Positions 1 through 9,751 of a DNA stretch of 64,000 bases are shown piece by piece. Source of the DNA: a virus; the IMG/VR virus record IMGVR_UViG_3300042458_000756, positions 7,704 through 71,703 of that record; one strand, 5' to 3'. Position 1 is the first letter of the stretch. Every line of letters begins with the position of its first letter. Under the pieces are notes generated by a model that saw only the letters and a program-made list of their open reading frames with translations, was not told the origin of the DNA and made no database searches. Made by a program: the position numbers and the translations under genes.

Positions 1-2
1 AG

Positions 3-497
3 CATGACCTTATTCATGATTGCAGCTTCTTGTCTAGCAATCGCCATCTTGTTCTTTATTTCATCAAGACCTTTTGCAACCATTACGTTATATTGCATAT
101 GGCCTTGTGCGTTTTTACCCACAGGCTGTACTATTGCTTGCTGAAGCATTACTTGCTGCTTAGCAAGATCTCTAATTAATGAGCTTGTTTTCTTTGTATG
201 GCCGCTCCAAGCATTATAATAATCGTTGAGCTTGAGGCGACCTCTATCTAAGTTCTTACCGAACTTGTCTACGTCTGAAGATAGTGATACAAAGTGTTGA
301 GAGAACTGGCCTGTTGATGTAAGCGTTGTAGCAAACGACTTGTTCATCACTGCAATTTGGTTTGCAAGCTTTGCGTTTGTTCCCGCTGTTGTTTCTTGTA
401 ACTTTACGAGTTGGGCAGTAACCGCAGCTAGTTGAGCTCTTAAGCTCGTGAAGTCTGCGTGGGCGGTAATATTGGTCGTTATTACATTATCTGCCAT
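3..497 (-). CDS. Tape measure protein, N-terminal part (runs off the window)
   Basis: Not in the ORF track. Reads MADNVITTNITAHADFTSLRAQLAAVTAQLVKLQETT... with no stop to the window edge; helical; directly downstream of the tail assembly chaperone. Confidence 0.85.
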   Translation of the reverse strand, partial: MADNVITTNITAHADFTSLRAQLAAVTAQLVKLQETTAGTNAKLANQIAVMNKSFATTLTSTGQFSQHFVSLSSDVDKFGKNLDRGRLKLNDYYNAWSGHTKKTSSLIRDLAKQQVMLQQAIVQPVGKNAQGHMQYNVMVAKGLDEIKNKMAIARQEAAIMNKVM

Positions 498-506
498 ATA
501 TATATG

Positions 507-881
507 TTACTCTATAGAGTATCCTAATCCCGCTCCGACACCAAATCCAGCTTCCGCTGCAAAGCCACCTTGTAATGAAACAACATCGTCTGCTGATGCG
601 TTAATACCGAGTGCTCTTCTTCTAACGTCTTCGAAGGTTGATCCCTCCCCATTTTGATTACTGCTTTCATTTAATTCAACACCCTGAATTAAAGCTAAGA
701 ACTTTCTTTTCTCTTCTTCAGTTTTTTGCATTGACTTAAAAGTCTGGACCATCTCTGGCATTGAAAGACTATCTTCTAGTTCTTCGTAATTTTTCCAATT
801 ACCTAAAAGAAATACTTCCCCTTCTAAAGCGGCTAAATCTAGTTCTGACCAGCCAGTACTGTTGCCGCTAGTAGGTTTGGG
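507..881 (-). CDS. Tail assembly chaperone C-terminal extension (-1 frame, gpT-like)
   Basis: The frame of ORF 507..761 is open upstream to the slippery site (PKPTSGNSTGWSELDLAALEGEVFLLGNWKNYEELEDSLSMPEM...); lies between chaperone and tape measure. Confidence 0.8.
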   Translation of the reverse strand, partial: PKPTSGNSTGWSELDLAALEGEVFLLGNWKNYEELEDSLSMPEMVQTFKSMQKTEEEKRKFLALIQGVELNESSNQNGEGSTFEDVRRRALGINASADDVVSLQGGFAAEAGFGVGAGLGYSIE

Positions 882-1171
882 TCGTCCATCTTAATTCCTC
901 CGCATACTTCAAGAATGCGATTGATTGTTGGAACGTCAAGTGTGTCTTCAAATGCGTCAATATCTTTAACTAGCTCTGGGAGTTGCTTTTCTAAAGCCAC
1001 TGCACATGCTTCAATTAAAATTGTTAGTGTTTCGTCTTCTGATGTTACTTCTGCTGTCTTTTGAATGACTATCATAAACTTACGAAGCTCTTTAATTGTT
1101 AAAGGCTTAAGTTTAACTGTTGCGCCATTTGCTAGTTGAATTTCTTCAACATCATATACTGTACTTGCCAT
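839..1171 (-). CDS. Tail assembly chaperone (gpG-like)
   Basis: 110 aa between major tail protein and tape measure; GGAGG RBS; slippery heptamer near its 3' end. Confidence 0.85.
   Translation of the reverse strand: MASTVYDVEEIQLANGATVKLKPLTIKELRKFMIVIQKTAEVTSEDETLTILIEACAVALEKQLPELVKDIDAFEDTLDVPTINRILEVCGGIKMDDPNLLAATVLAGQN
875..881 (-). promoter_or_regulatory. -1 ribosomal frameshift slippery heptamer C CCA AAC
   Basis: X XXY YYZ pattern in the chaperone reading frame; the -1 frame opens three codons upstream of it and stays open to 507. Confidence 0.75.
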
Positions 1172-1230
1172 TTTAATCCTCCTAGGATCTTGTCTTAATT
1201 ATTGTATCATATTCAAAATACAAGAGCAAT

Positions 1231-1256
1231 AGAAAACCCCCCAATTTCTTGGGGGG
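1231..1256 (-). terminator. Intrinsic terminator after major tail protein
   Basis: CCCCCCAA/TTGGGGGG stem followed by TTTTCT on the minus strand. Confidence 0.7.
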
Positions 1257-1281
1257 CAATCTATTAATTAAATTAAATTAA

Positions 1282-1974
1282 TTATGCTACTAGGACACGG
1301 TCAACGATAACGCCGTATTCCTTGCCTGTCTTTGCTTCTACTGGAAGCAAACGGAAGGTTACTGGGAATGTTGTTGCTGCGTTACGTGATAGTGAGAACT
1401 GTGACTGTTGTACAGAAAGAACACGACGAGCATAATATACACGCTCTGCCTTTGTTACGCCTTCTGTAGGTGCCTGTCCAACTGCTACTAGCTGACGCTC
1501 TGTTGGTGCAATACCAAGAGCTCCTGCTTCTAGACCAATTGTAGATGTCTTTGCATCTGTTGCACCTGCTGTTGCTGGTGATCCTGCTTGTCCGAATACT
1601 GCAAGAACGTTCTCAAGAGTACCTTCTGCAAGCTCTGTTGCAATCATAACTTCCATTGACTCTTTGAAAAGCTTTGCTGAGTCAAGAAGCTGATCTACTG
1701 TTACTGAACCGTATGATGGGTTGTAAGTAATTTGAAGACCGTTATTTGTAAAACCTACGTTTCTCCACTTTGCAGCGTTTGCTGGCAAGTTAAGAGTGTC
1801 TGCGTATGGTACTGTTGCTGGTACTGGTGGTGTTGCTCCTGCTGCTTTTACAACAAAGCTTACACCGTCGGTTGAACCTGGCTCCATGTCTTCCTTGTAG
1901 TTTGCTGATGTTGAATCAAGTGCTGACAAGAATAGTGGAGAAGCTCCAACTAGAATATTTTTGGCTGATGCCAT
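1282..1974 (-). CDS. Major tail (tube) protein
   Basis: Position after the tail terminator; WRNVGFTNNGLQITYNPSY..VTVDQLLD tube-protein pattern; start placed at MASAKN after a GGAGG RBS. Confidence 0.85.
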   Translation of the reverse strand: MASAKNILVGASPLFLSALDSTSANYKEDMEPGSTDGVSFVVKAAGATPPVPATVPYADTLNLPANAAKWRNVGFTNNGLQITYNPSYGSVTVDQLLDSAKLFKESMEVMIATELAEGTLENVLAVFGQAGSPATAGATDAKTSTIGLEAGALGIAPTERQLVAVGQAPTEGVTKAERVYYARRVLSVQQSQFSLSRNAATTFPVTFRLLPVEAKTGKEYGVIVDRVLVA

Positions 1975-2092
1975 TTGTATTACCTCCATTAAATAAATAT
2001 ATATATTGACTTACTTTTAAATCTAAATCAAAGCTGGCTAGGCTCTCTTTTTCCTCTTGCCTAATTCTACTGGATAACTATACTAAAAGCAA

Positions 2093-2602
2093 CTAGTTGA
2101 ATCTGCCGCTTTTGTCTGTAGTCCTTGAATACTTGACTTCTAGGATCACATCTGTGGACATAAAGCCCTTTAGCTCCAGGGACGGATCTATGGGAGATGT
2201 CTCTACAATATGGATGCTGTGAAACTTTAGCTTGCTAGGCCTATTTGTATCATTTACATCTACTGCCGATTCGTCCATTCTTCTAAATAGATCAGTCATG
2301 AGGTTTCTAATCTCATATATTTCCGTTACGTCTGTGGAGTATATTGTAAATAAGATCTTCTCGCAGCATATCAACCAGTTCTCTTCATATGACATCCCTA
2401 TCTTGTCATAGATTATATGCTTTTTGCCATTTAAAAATTGGTCCATTTCTGGGGATTGCTGTACTGGGATGATTGGAATTATCTCTTTTCCGAGATTATC
2501 TGAATAGTAGTCATAGGCATCAAATATAAAAGAATCTTTTAGTTCTTTCCATAAAAATTTACGGAGCTCAAACATTGCGTCTATTTTATAGTCTACGGTC
2601 AT
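2093..2602 (-). CDS. Probable tail terminator/completion protein
   Basis: 169 aa immediately upstream of the tail tube gene; assignment by synteny. Confidence 0.6.
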   Translation of the reverse strand: MTVDYKIDAMFELRKFLWKELKDSFIFDAYDYYSDNLGKEIIPIIPVQQSPEMDQFLNGKKHIIYDKIGMSYEENWLICCEKILFTIYSTDVTEIYEIRNLMTDLFRRMDESAVDVNDTNRPSKLKFHSIHIVETSPIDPSLELKGFMSTDVILEVKYSRTTDKSGRFN

Positions 2603-3387
2603 AGTGAGCCTCCAAATGCTGCATCCAAGGATGCGTCTGCCTGTATCCTTATTTTACCAGGGGTAAAGCTATATTGCACTTTTTTAATATTCATAGGTAC
2701 TCCCAGAGCCCTTGCCATTTTTAAATTAAATATTCTTTGTAGGCCTGATGATTTTATTGAAGAGTTTACTAATTGCCCGCCAAAAAATCTTCCATAAGAT
2801 AGTGAGAACTGGTGAGATGCTTGTGCCCCACCAGGCTTCCTAACGGTCACTGAGGTGCCTTTGGGCATAAAGACTGTTTCACCATCCATCTCGAATACAA
2901 GGCGCTCAGCGGACCTTGGGCGGATTACTATGGGCATTCCAGCTTCCATCACGTCAGCTTTGTTTCCAAATACATATTTTTTCTTTTGTTTTTTATTTTT
3001 AGTGGGTACAGATGATTTTGATAATTTAAAATTATAGTTTACTCTAAATGATAGACCTTCCATTTCAATTGCATAAAGATGAAATAATCTAGAAGAAGGT
3101 ATGCCTGTTTTATTCCATTCATAAACATGATGCAATGATCGGGGCCTTGTTCTTGCTTGGGAATCCATATATAGCCCAAAGTCTTTTTCTATCTGATTAA
3201 AGATAGTTGTTTTAAATAGATTTTTAAATGATTCGTTTGTGGTTAATTTTGAAAGGACTGCGGCCTCATAATATAAGAATGCTGATATTTGTGCAACTGT
3301 ACTGTCCTTGATAACTCCTGGGACTGAGCCTGCCATTAATCTTTCTAGGCCGCTTGCTGTTTGAATTAAAGCTACGCTAGAATCCAA
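2599..3387 (-). CDS. Probable neck/tail completion protein
   Basis: Synteny between head closure and terminator; TTG start at 3387 chosen to limit overlap (the track extends it to 3441). Confidence 0.5.
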   Translation of the reverse strand: MDSSVALIQTASGLERLMAGSVPGVIKDSTVAQISAFLYYEAAVLSKLTTNESFKNLFKTTIFNQIEKDFGLYMDSQARTRPRSLHHVYEWNKTGIPSSRLFHLYAIEMEGLSFRVNYNFKLSKSSVPTKNKKQKKKYVFGNKADVMEAGMPIVIRPRSAERLVFEMDGETVFMPKGTSVTVRKPGGAQASHQFSLSYGRFFGGQLVNSSIKSSGLQRIFNLKMARALGVPMNIKKVQYSFTPGKIRIQADASLDAAFGGSL

Positions 3388-3802
3388 TTTCCTGATTCTC
3401 CGATCTCTTTGCAATAGAGTTGTATGCAAGGACATTACCAAATGGATCGGTAATCGGGGTAGAGCTTATAACCTCAAATACTGTTGGGGTATTGTTTGGA
3501 TAGTTTATTTCTTTCCATACTACGTTGCCGTTCATATCTCTAACGTTAGTAACCTTCTCTCTATACGTTATTGGGTCTGGAGTTCTTATCTCAAGCATTT
3601 GCTCATTCATATACTTGTTGTTAAATGTTTGTTTGTCTCCTCCTCTGCCTGTACCAGAATTTGAAATCATTCCTTTTGCAGAACATGGAACAGACCTAGT
3701 GAATATCCACTCTTTTTTAATAGCACCAGTATTTTCATCCTGAGTGTCTAATTGAAGGTAGATATCTAGCTTCATTGGCATTAATGAAGTTGCTAGGCTC
3801 AT
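3377..3802 (-). CDS. Probable head closure (stopper) protein
   Basis: 141 aa beta-rich protein with QDENTGAIKKEW hairpin pattern; synteny. Confidence 0.6.
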   Translation of the reverse strand: MSLATSLMPMKLDIYLQLDTQDENTGAIKKEWIFTRSVPCSAKGMISNSGTGRGGDKQTFNNKYMNEQMLEIRTPDPITYREKVTNVRDMNGNVVWKEINYPNNTPTVFEVISSTPITDPFGNVLAYNSIAKRSENQEIGF

Positions 3803-4774
3803 TTAGAATACGACCATGCCATTTGTTACATATGGCGCAAGCAGTTGATCCGCGTATAAATTTCCAGTTCCTCTGTGTGCGTCTTCCATAAACTCAAACT
3901 TCCAGTCAAATGTGCTTATGTTTTTTACGTATTTATCTTTCCATGCACGATCTTGCTCAAAGTATTGTTTCATTAAAATTTTACAAGCTTCTTTAACATT
4001 GTCTGGAACATAGTTCCAGCCAAATAAACCTTCAACCTGGTATCTAAGGTCTTTCTTAAATGTTCCAGAATGACCCCTGCTATTAACTGATGGGGTAACC
4101 ATTCCGTTTGCTGAGTATATTGTGTCGTCTTGAAGATCTTGTAGATTAACTCTGACTCCGTAATTTGATTCAGAAACTATTGGTATATAGAACCAGTTGT
4201 TTACGGAAAGCGCAGAATCAAATACTTTAACATCTTGCTCATAAAGTTTTGTAATTTGCTCTATTCTAATTGGAAGCGGAAGAATGTCTGATCCGTGACC
4301 TTGTGCAACTTGTGTGCCTATATAGCTATGAAAAAATTGATTTGTATACGCTTCAATTAATTTTCTAGCATATTTCTCTGCTTGCTGTAAATCATTATAT
4401 GTTTTATGATTTGGGTCAGAAGGGTCCGTCCCAATATTCAAATCGTCAATTACATCGTATATATTTACATACGGCGTAACAATATCTACCATTTGAATGT
4501 TTGAAGAAGATACACCAGAGACTGAATAAGTCCATTCAATTCTAAGCTTTTTAGGTTGGCTTGCGATTGTATGTGGAATTATAATTTCATACGTTCCGAT
4601 ATCTGTATCTAGTTTTGTGGCAGTATAAGTTGCTATTGTAGCGCTTAGAGTACCAGATGGTAATGCTTCTTTTACTACCGCAGTTACACTACCAGTTGCA
4701 TCTGTTATTTCTCCACCCCAGTATAATTTAAATCTTACTGGTGAAGCTTGCTTTACATATATTTCTGCCATCAA
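3803..4774 (-). CDS. Head-to-tail adaptor with an N-terminal beta-rich extension
   Basis: A..LIEAYTNQFF and GLFGWNYVPDNVKEACKIL motifs typical of gp15/gp6-like adaptors. Confidence 0.75.
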   Translation of the reverse strand: MMAEIYVKQASPVRFKLYWGGEITDATGSVTAVVKEALPSGTLSATIATYTATKLDTDIGTYEIIIPHTIASQPKKLRIEWTYSVSGVSSSNIQMVDIVTPYVNIYDVIDDLNIGTDPSDPNHKTYNDLQQAEKYARKLIEAYTNQFFHSYIGTQVAQGHGSDILPLPIRIEQITKLYEQDVKVFDSALSVNNWFYIPIVSESNYGVRVNLQDLQDDTIYSANGMVTPSVNSRGHSGTFKKDLRYQVEGLFGWNYVPDNVKEACKILMKQYFEQDRAWKDKYVKNISTFDWKFEFMEDAHRGTGNLYADQLLAPYVTNGMVVF

Positions 4775-4787
4775 CTTATGTTAACGT

Positions 4788-5180
4788 TTAGTTATAGAAG
4801 TCTTGAACTTCCTTTGGTGTCGCTAAACGAAAACCCTCCTCTGTATCAAAGATTTTTTGAGCATCATCTTCAGACATTGCTATAAAAGGATGATCTTTTG
4901 TAAAGGTATATCCGTGGATATCGTATCTGTGATTATCTCTTGTCATTCTTACAAGCAGGGTATCTTCTGGTTGCGCTTTTGGATCAAACTTTGGAAGAAT
5001 TTCAATTTCTTCTGTGTCTCTTTCAATTGCCTCTACCGTACTTTGATATACACTCCAGGTAACGCCTTCTTCTGCTAGAGCTGCAATAATGTCTTTTTTG
5101 TTCTTTAGGCCTTCTGTATCAACTGCAAAATCTGTTGCAATTACTTTTAATTCAGCCACCTTTAATGTGTCAAACGACAT
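4788..5180 (-). CDS. Protein with Rho-N/HeH-like N-terminal domain
   Basis: LKVAELKVIATDFAVDTEGLKNKKDIIAAL matches the Rho-N-like pattern often found just after capsid genes. Confidence 0.55.
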   Translation of the reverse strand: MSFDTLKVAELKVIATDFAVDTEGLKNKKDIIAALAEEGVTWSVYQSTVEAIERDTEEIEILPKFDPKAQPEDTLLVRMTRDNHRYDIHGYTFTKDHPFIAMSEDDAQKIFDTEEGFRLATPKEVQDFYN

Positions 5181-5235
5181 ATTTTATTTCTCCTTTTTCT
5201 AGGTCCTTTAATTATAGCATTGTTAAATTTAAATG

Positions 5236-5266
5236 AAAAGCCCCCAAAATTAATTGGGGGCCTTTC
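5236..5266 (-). terminator. Intrinsic terminator after major capsid gene
   Basis: GCCCCCAA/TTGGGGGC stem with a T-rich tail on the minus strand. Confidence 0.7.
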
Positions 5267-5287
5267 TGTAGTCTAATTCTTAATTAA

Positions 5288-6337
5288 TTAAGAAGCAACC
5301 TTAACGTTCTTTACAACGACCCAAGCGTCTGCCTGCTCGATTTGAACGCCAACACGAGTATACATTGTGTACTCAATTGTGTCCTTACGTGGCTGGAAGA
5401 AGCGGTAAACAGTTACATCACGCTTGATACCAATAACTACGTTATTTGGGAATGTCAAGTGGACGTCTCCGTGTGAACCTGATGGGGTTGCGTATGTACC
5501 TGTCTGTGTCTCAGGAAGCAATGGAACTTCAATGATTGGAATACCAAATGCGTATGGAGCTACATATCCTGCTGGACCTCCAAGAACAGGAACATCGCCA
5601 CGGATAATGCCAGAGGCAATATCTTGTGGAGTAACGTTCTGAATGTTCTGTGAGTTAGAGAACAAGTAATCTTGGATCAAGTTTGATCCAGAAAGGAAGC
5701 GAAGGTCTGTACGACGTTGCTTGTACTTACGTGGCATTGCCTTAAGAGCCTTGTTGAAGATCTCACGGGAAATTCCCGCACCTGCTGCATCTACTACGCG
5801 ACCATGTGTCTTTGCCTTCTTAACTGCACCGTCAAATGACTTGTACAGAGCATCGGCTGAAAGTGATGTGTCACCGTTAAGAATAAGATCTTCGATGTCA
5901 TTTCCAGCTTGTGTTGCCATCATACGTGCAATATGATCTTCAAGATCTGCACCTTCGATGTTGTCTTCTAGAGACTCAGTTGAAAGTTCCCAGTCCATGC
6001 GGAGCTTCTTTGTTGTGAGAGAGATCTTTGAGAATGTTACGCCTTGGTTTATGGCTGTGTTTTCTCCTTCGGATGCAAGCTTTACAAGCTTTTCTCCTAC
6101 TGACATACGATCAATTTCTGTTGTGTCTGATTTCATACGAACCGTACGTGCAACTTTACCAATTACGGTAGCATCGAACATATAGTCCAAGAATCTTGCT
6201 GATTGTTCTGGGTTTAGAAGTCCACCGTTGCCATTTTCTGAAGCAACATGAACGCCTGAACCACCTGTTGAAGAACCGAAACCAGTTGATACTGTTGTAC
6301 CAGCTGCTGCGGCCTTTTCTAATAATTCATTACTCAT
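5288..6337 (-). CDS. Major capsid protein (HK97 fold)
   Basis: GGLLNPEQS..F, LSTESLEDNIEG, EDLILNGDT motifs; follows protease/scaffold. Confidence 0.92.
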   Translation of the reverse strand: MSNELLEKAAAAGTTVSTGFGSSTGGSGVHVASENGNGGLLNPEQSARFLDYMFDATVIGKVARTVRMKSDTTEIDRMSVGEKLVKLASEGENTAINQGVTFSKISLTTKKLRMDWELSTESLEDNIEGADLEDHIARMMATQAGNDIEDLILNGDTSLSADALYKSFDGAVKKAKTHGRVVDAAGAGISREIFNKALKAMPRKYKQRRTDLRFLSGSNLIQDYLFSNSQNIQNVTPQDIASGIIRGDVPVLGGPAGYVAPYAFGIPIIEVPLLPETQTGTYATPSGSHGDVHLTFPNNVVIGIKRDVTVYRFFQPRKDTIEYTMYTRVGVQIEQADAWVVVKNVKVAS

Positions 6338-6358
6338 TTTTATTTCACCTACCTTATT

Positions 6359-7711
6359 TTAGTTAAAGATTTCATTTACGGAACCGAGGAAAGCTCCAGA
6401 CCATTTTGATTTTGATTTGGTAAATACCTCAGACCCGCCAAGGTCAGAGGACTTCTTAATTGCGGTATCGCCTTCTACGGCATCAACCTGCTTTTGAACA
6501 CCATCAATGGTGCCCTTTATTTCTGTCACAGCAGCACTAAGTGCGCTGTGCTTTTCTGCCAACTCAGAAATTCTATCGTCGACGCTTTTGCTGAAAGCTT
6601 CTACAGATGTCTTAATCTCTGTAACTTGTGCAGCATTTGCTTCTGTAGCTTTTGTGAGTGTCTCTGCGAAAAAGCCTTTGAGATCGCCTAACATTTTTGC
6701 AAAATCAGGTTCATCAACCATAACTTCTACTGTATCGGCTGCTTTTTCAACGTTGTCGGCAGAGGCTTCTTCAGTTGCAACTTCTGCAACTTCTGATGAT
6801 TTGTCAAAAAGATCGACATTTGCTTCATCTGCTGCTGGAGCTTCTACGGCTACTGCGTCAGTTGATTCGATTGCTGCTTCTGCTACTGGAGCTTCTACAA
6901 CATTATCAATGTTTGTATCTGACATTTTATTACCTCCTTCTACGTTTGCCTGTTTTGCTAATTGTGTTTCAGGCAACGGTAATCTTGACTTCTTAAATGA
7001 AGCAAGAATCTTATCTATTTCTTTTGACTTGTTAATATCTGAACTTTCTACCCAACCAATTAGCGAGGCTGGTTTTCCAGATATAGGTGAATCAAAAGTT
7101 TTTTCTGTAGACATAAACACTGAGTCGCTGTCTTCGCAATAAAAAATATTTTCTGTTACTACATTTGTAGCAAGGCCTTTGTAAATCATTTGTCCGTTAA
7201 CCTTTTCGATTGACAAAATATTACATAGCTCATTTGCTGGTGAGTCAACAATTGAAAGTTCAACTAGATCGTAGTCCTTGATAAATCTGACTGCTTCTCC
7301 TGTTGCTTTGTTAACTTCGTTGTCTGACTCTTTAATCTTTCCGCCAATTGAAAAACCAGAAAGAGTGCCATCAAGAACTTTTTCCCAAGTATCTTGTGCA
7401 CCCTTTGAAATGTATGAAGTTACATAAACGCCATTGTAAAAAGTTTGAGATTTTTGGTCGTAGTATGTTTCTGGCTTGAATGAAACAACTTTACCAACTG
7501 CATTTGACTGATGCATCTCACGGAGATTTCCTCTGAAGTTTTCAAAAGCTTTTACGCTTGCTTCTGCTGTGACTACATCGCCTGTCTGGTCAACATTGTC
7601 TAATGTTGCAAAACCAGATACAGTTCTATTTTCTCGATTGACCTTAGTAAACGGAATCGACAAATGTAGATTTTCGCCATTACTAGACCAATGGCCTTTT
7701 TCAATGTTCAT
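6359..7711 (-). CDS. Prohead protease fused to acidic/coiled-coil scaffold
   Basis: LREMH, GFSIGG and ELSIVDSPAN motifs of HK97-type prohead proteases; acidic Ala/Glu-rich C-terminal half. Confidence 0.9.
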   Translation of the reverse strand: MNIEKGHWSSNGENLHLSIPFTKVNRENRTVSGFATLDNVDQTGDVVTAEASVKAFENFRGNLREMHQSNAVGKVVSFKPETYYDQKSQTFYNGVYVTSYISKGAQDTWEKVLDGTLSGFSIGGKIKESDNEVNKATGEAVRFIKDYDLVELSIVDSPANELCNILSIEKVNGQMIYKGLATNVVTENIFYCEDSDSVFMSTEKTFDSPISGKPASLIGWVESSDINKSKEIDKILASFKKSRLPLPETQLAKQANVEGGNKMSDTNIDNVVEAPVAEAAIESTDAVAVEAPAADEANVDLFDKSSEVAEVATEEASADNVEKAADTVEVMVDEPDFAKMLGDLKGFFAETLTKATEANAAQVTEIKTSVEAFSKSVDDRISELAEKHSALSAAVTEIKGTIDGVQKQVDAVEGDTAIKKSSDLGGSEVFTKSKSKWSGAFLGSVNEIFN

Positions 7712-7764
7712 ATGGTTAATTTTAGTGGTTTATCTACTATAACGCAAATAACAGTTGATTAAAC

Positions 7765-9354
7765 TTATTTGACTTTTGGACCATCGCCCTTGGGGTTTCT
7801 GGCTTCTCCGCTTTTATCTGGGGCATTGGCGGATCTTTGCTGATCTCGCTTTTTATTTCCAGTAGATTTTGCTTGCTGGTCAGCCACCTGCTGTGGCTTT
7901 AAATCTACCATTTCGTCCCCGCCGTCAACGGTTGTCATATTCTTTCTAATACGAACTTCGTTTGGAGTTATTACCTGCATTCTTAAATAAATTTCATCAA
8001 TACGGCTTTGAGTCTCTTCATCAGTAAGGCTAAGCTCGTTAAATTTTAATTGTACGACATCTGTCTTTTCGGCAATTAAATAATTTAATTTCTTTTCAAG
8101 TCTATCCTGTGAAGGTCGGCAAACCTGTTCCTTAAATGTCTTGTCCGCATCTCTGGCAGCTGCTAGGTTAATTCCTTCTGGAATACCTATCTTGCTAATT
8201 GGAACACGGTGAGCTAATAGGATTTCATCTCTATTAGACTTACGATAGATATTAAATGAAGACTCTTGTTCTCCTGCTTCAATTGGCTCCATCTTAAATT
8301 CAGTCTTTGAGTCTGGAGTATCGGCTGGGAGTGGAATATAAAGGGATCTGTGATTCTTGCCTTTTAGCCCAACCTGGAAAAATTCAAGCAATTTTCTTTC
8401 TGACTCTGGTGAAAGCTTTGCTCCCTTTACTGTAATAATATATCTTGGGACCGCCTTGTTTTCAAAGTAGTCTAAGTTATATCTGCCAGCAAATTCATTT
8501 CCTGCCAGCGCTTGCTGTGCTGCAATAATGTCTGGGACTCCGTAGTAGTTATTCATTGGAGTGTACTTCTTTAAATGGATAATTTCATTTGGTCGATCTT
8601 CTTGACCAGCAATTGGGCTTGGTGTTTCAAGGTCTCCAAAATTTCTAAAATAGACTGCCTTGCCATAAAGCAATTGAATAAATCCATCACGTAATCTACG
8701 TACACGCATTGTCTTGGCTGGTATGTGGCCTATGTAGCCTATGTCTCCAGCAGTTGTACGTCCAACCTCTATGTAGCCGTTTCCAGTTGCCTCAAGGTCC
8801 GTGTAGGCCTTTATAAGGGTCTCTGTAAATGACTCCTCTTCGTTGCAATCATCGAGCCAGCGATCTAACTGTGTTTTAATTCTATCAATTTTTGCACGTG
8901 CTCTGTCGACCTGCTTTTGATCGGTTATGGCATCCATTGCATCTTTTGCTTTTGATGTCTCAGTAAACATATATCCTAGACCAACAATATTAGAAACCTT
9001 TGCATTAATTGCTGCGTAATTGTATGTTGAAACTTCATATATTTTTGAAAGATATTCTAAATTATAAGTTGGCTCGACAAGGTCAAATAAAGCATATCCG
9101 CTAATTGCTTGCTGCAAAAGGTTTTGTTGTGTTCCTGCGCCGTCGACTCCTACAAAAGCCTTTGAAAAATCACGATTAATTTTGCGCTTAAAGTTTGTTC
9201 CAAGTCCTCTAAGTTTTTTAATTTCTTCTAAGCCCATTTTAAATGGGTCTTCTGACTCTTCTGCTTTTTGAAAATGAAACCAATCAGATGTATTTGAAAT
9301 GTCAATTGTATTGGAAGAGCTGTCGTCTTCTAAAACTTCTATATTGCGTGTCAT
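7765..9354 (-). CDS. Portal protein
   Basis: TGNGYIEV, EIIHLK...YYGVP, YFENKAVP, ITPNEVR motifs of HK97/PBSX-type portals. Confidence 0.92.
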   Translation of the reverse strand: MTRNIEVLEDDSSSNTIDISNTSDWFHFQKAEESEDPFKMGLEEIKKLRGLGTNFKRKINRDFSKAFVGVDGAGTQQNLLQQAISGYALFDLVEPTYNLEYLSKIYEVSTYNYAAINAKVSNIVGLGYMFTETSKAKDAMDAITDQKQVDRARAKIDRIKTQLDRWLDDCNEEESFTETLIKAYTDLEATGNGYIEVGRTTAGDIGYIGHIPAKTMRVRRLRDGFIQLLYGKAVYFRNFGDLETPSPIAGQEDRPNEIIHLKKYTPMNNYYGVPDIIAAQQALAGNEFAGRYNLDYFENKAVPRYIITVKGAKLSPESERKLLEFFQVGLKGKNHRSLYIPLPADTPDSKTEFKMEPIEAGEQESSFNIYRKSNRDEILLAHRVPISKIGIPEGINLAAARDADKTFKEQVCRPSQDRLEKKLNYLIAEKTDVVQLKFNELSLTDEETQSRIDEIYLRMQVITPNEVRIRKNMTTVDGGDEMVDLKPQQVADQQAKSTGNKKRDQQRSANAPDKSGEARNPKGDGPKVK

Positions 9355-9689
9355 TGTACTTTACCGCCTCTTGATACAGAGTCTTTATAAACTCCTATGT
9401 CATATGGATCTGGGGGAAGTCCCCATCTAAGTCTTTGTTCTTGCTCTTCAAGCTCTTCGTTGTTGATCTTTCTTCTTCCAGAAAGAAATTTAGGCTGGCC
9501 CTCATGAATACCGTATGAGCGAACCTCTCTAGCCAAAGCATCGATTTTGGATCTATTGCCTTTGATTGCCGTGATCGAAAGAAAATTGCCATCATCATCT
9601 CCAATCCATCTGCCATCAGGCATTTCCCAGACGTATATGCCAAGGGTTGTCTCTTCGACAATTTTAGTGTTTTTCTTTAAGATATCCAT
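9351..9689 (-). CDS. Hypothetical protein coupled to the portal gene
   Basis: ATGA overlap with portal; TGGTATGAT extended -10 just upstream. Confidence 0.7.
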   Translation of the reverse strand: MDILKKNTKIVEETTLGIYVWEMPDGRWIGDDDGNFLSITAIKGNRSKIDALAREVRSYGIHEGQPKFLSGRRKINNEELEEQEQRLRWGLPPDPYDIGVYKDSVSRGGKVQ

Positions 9690-9751
9690 AGACCACAATC
9701 ATACCATTATCTGAGACCAAAGTCCAGATTTATGCCATGCCTTTGCAAATA

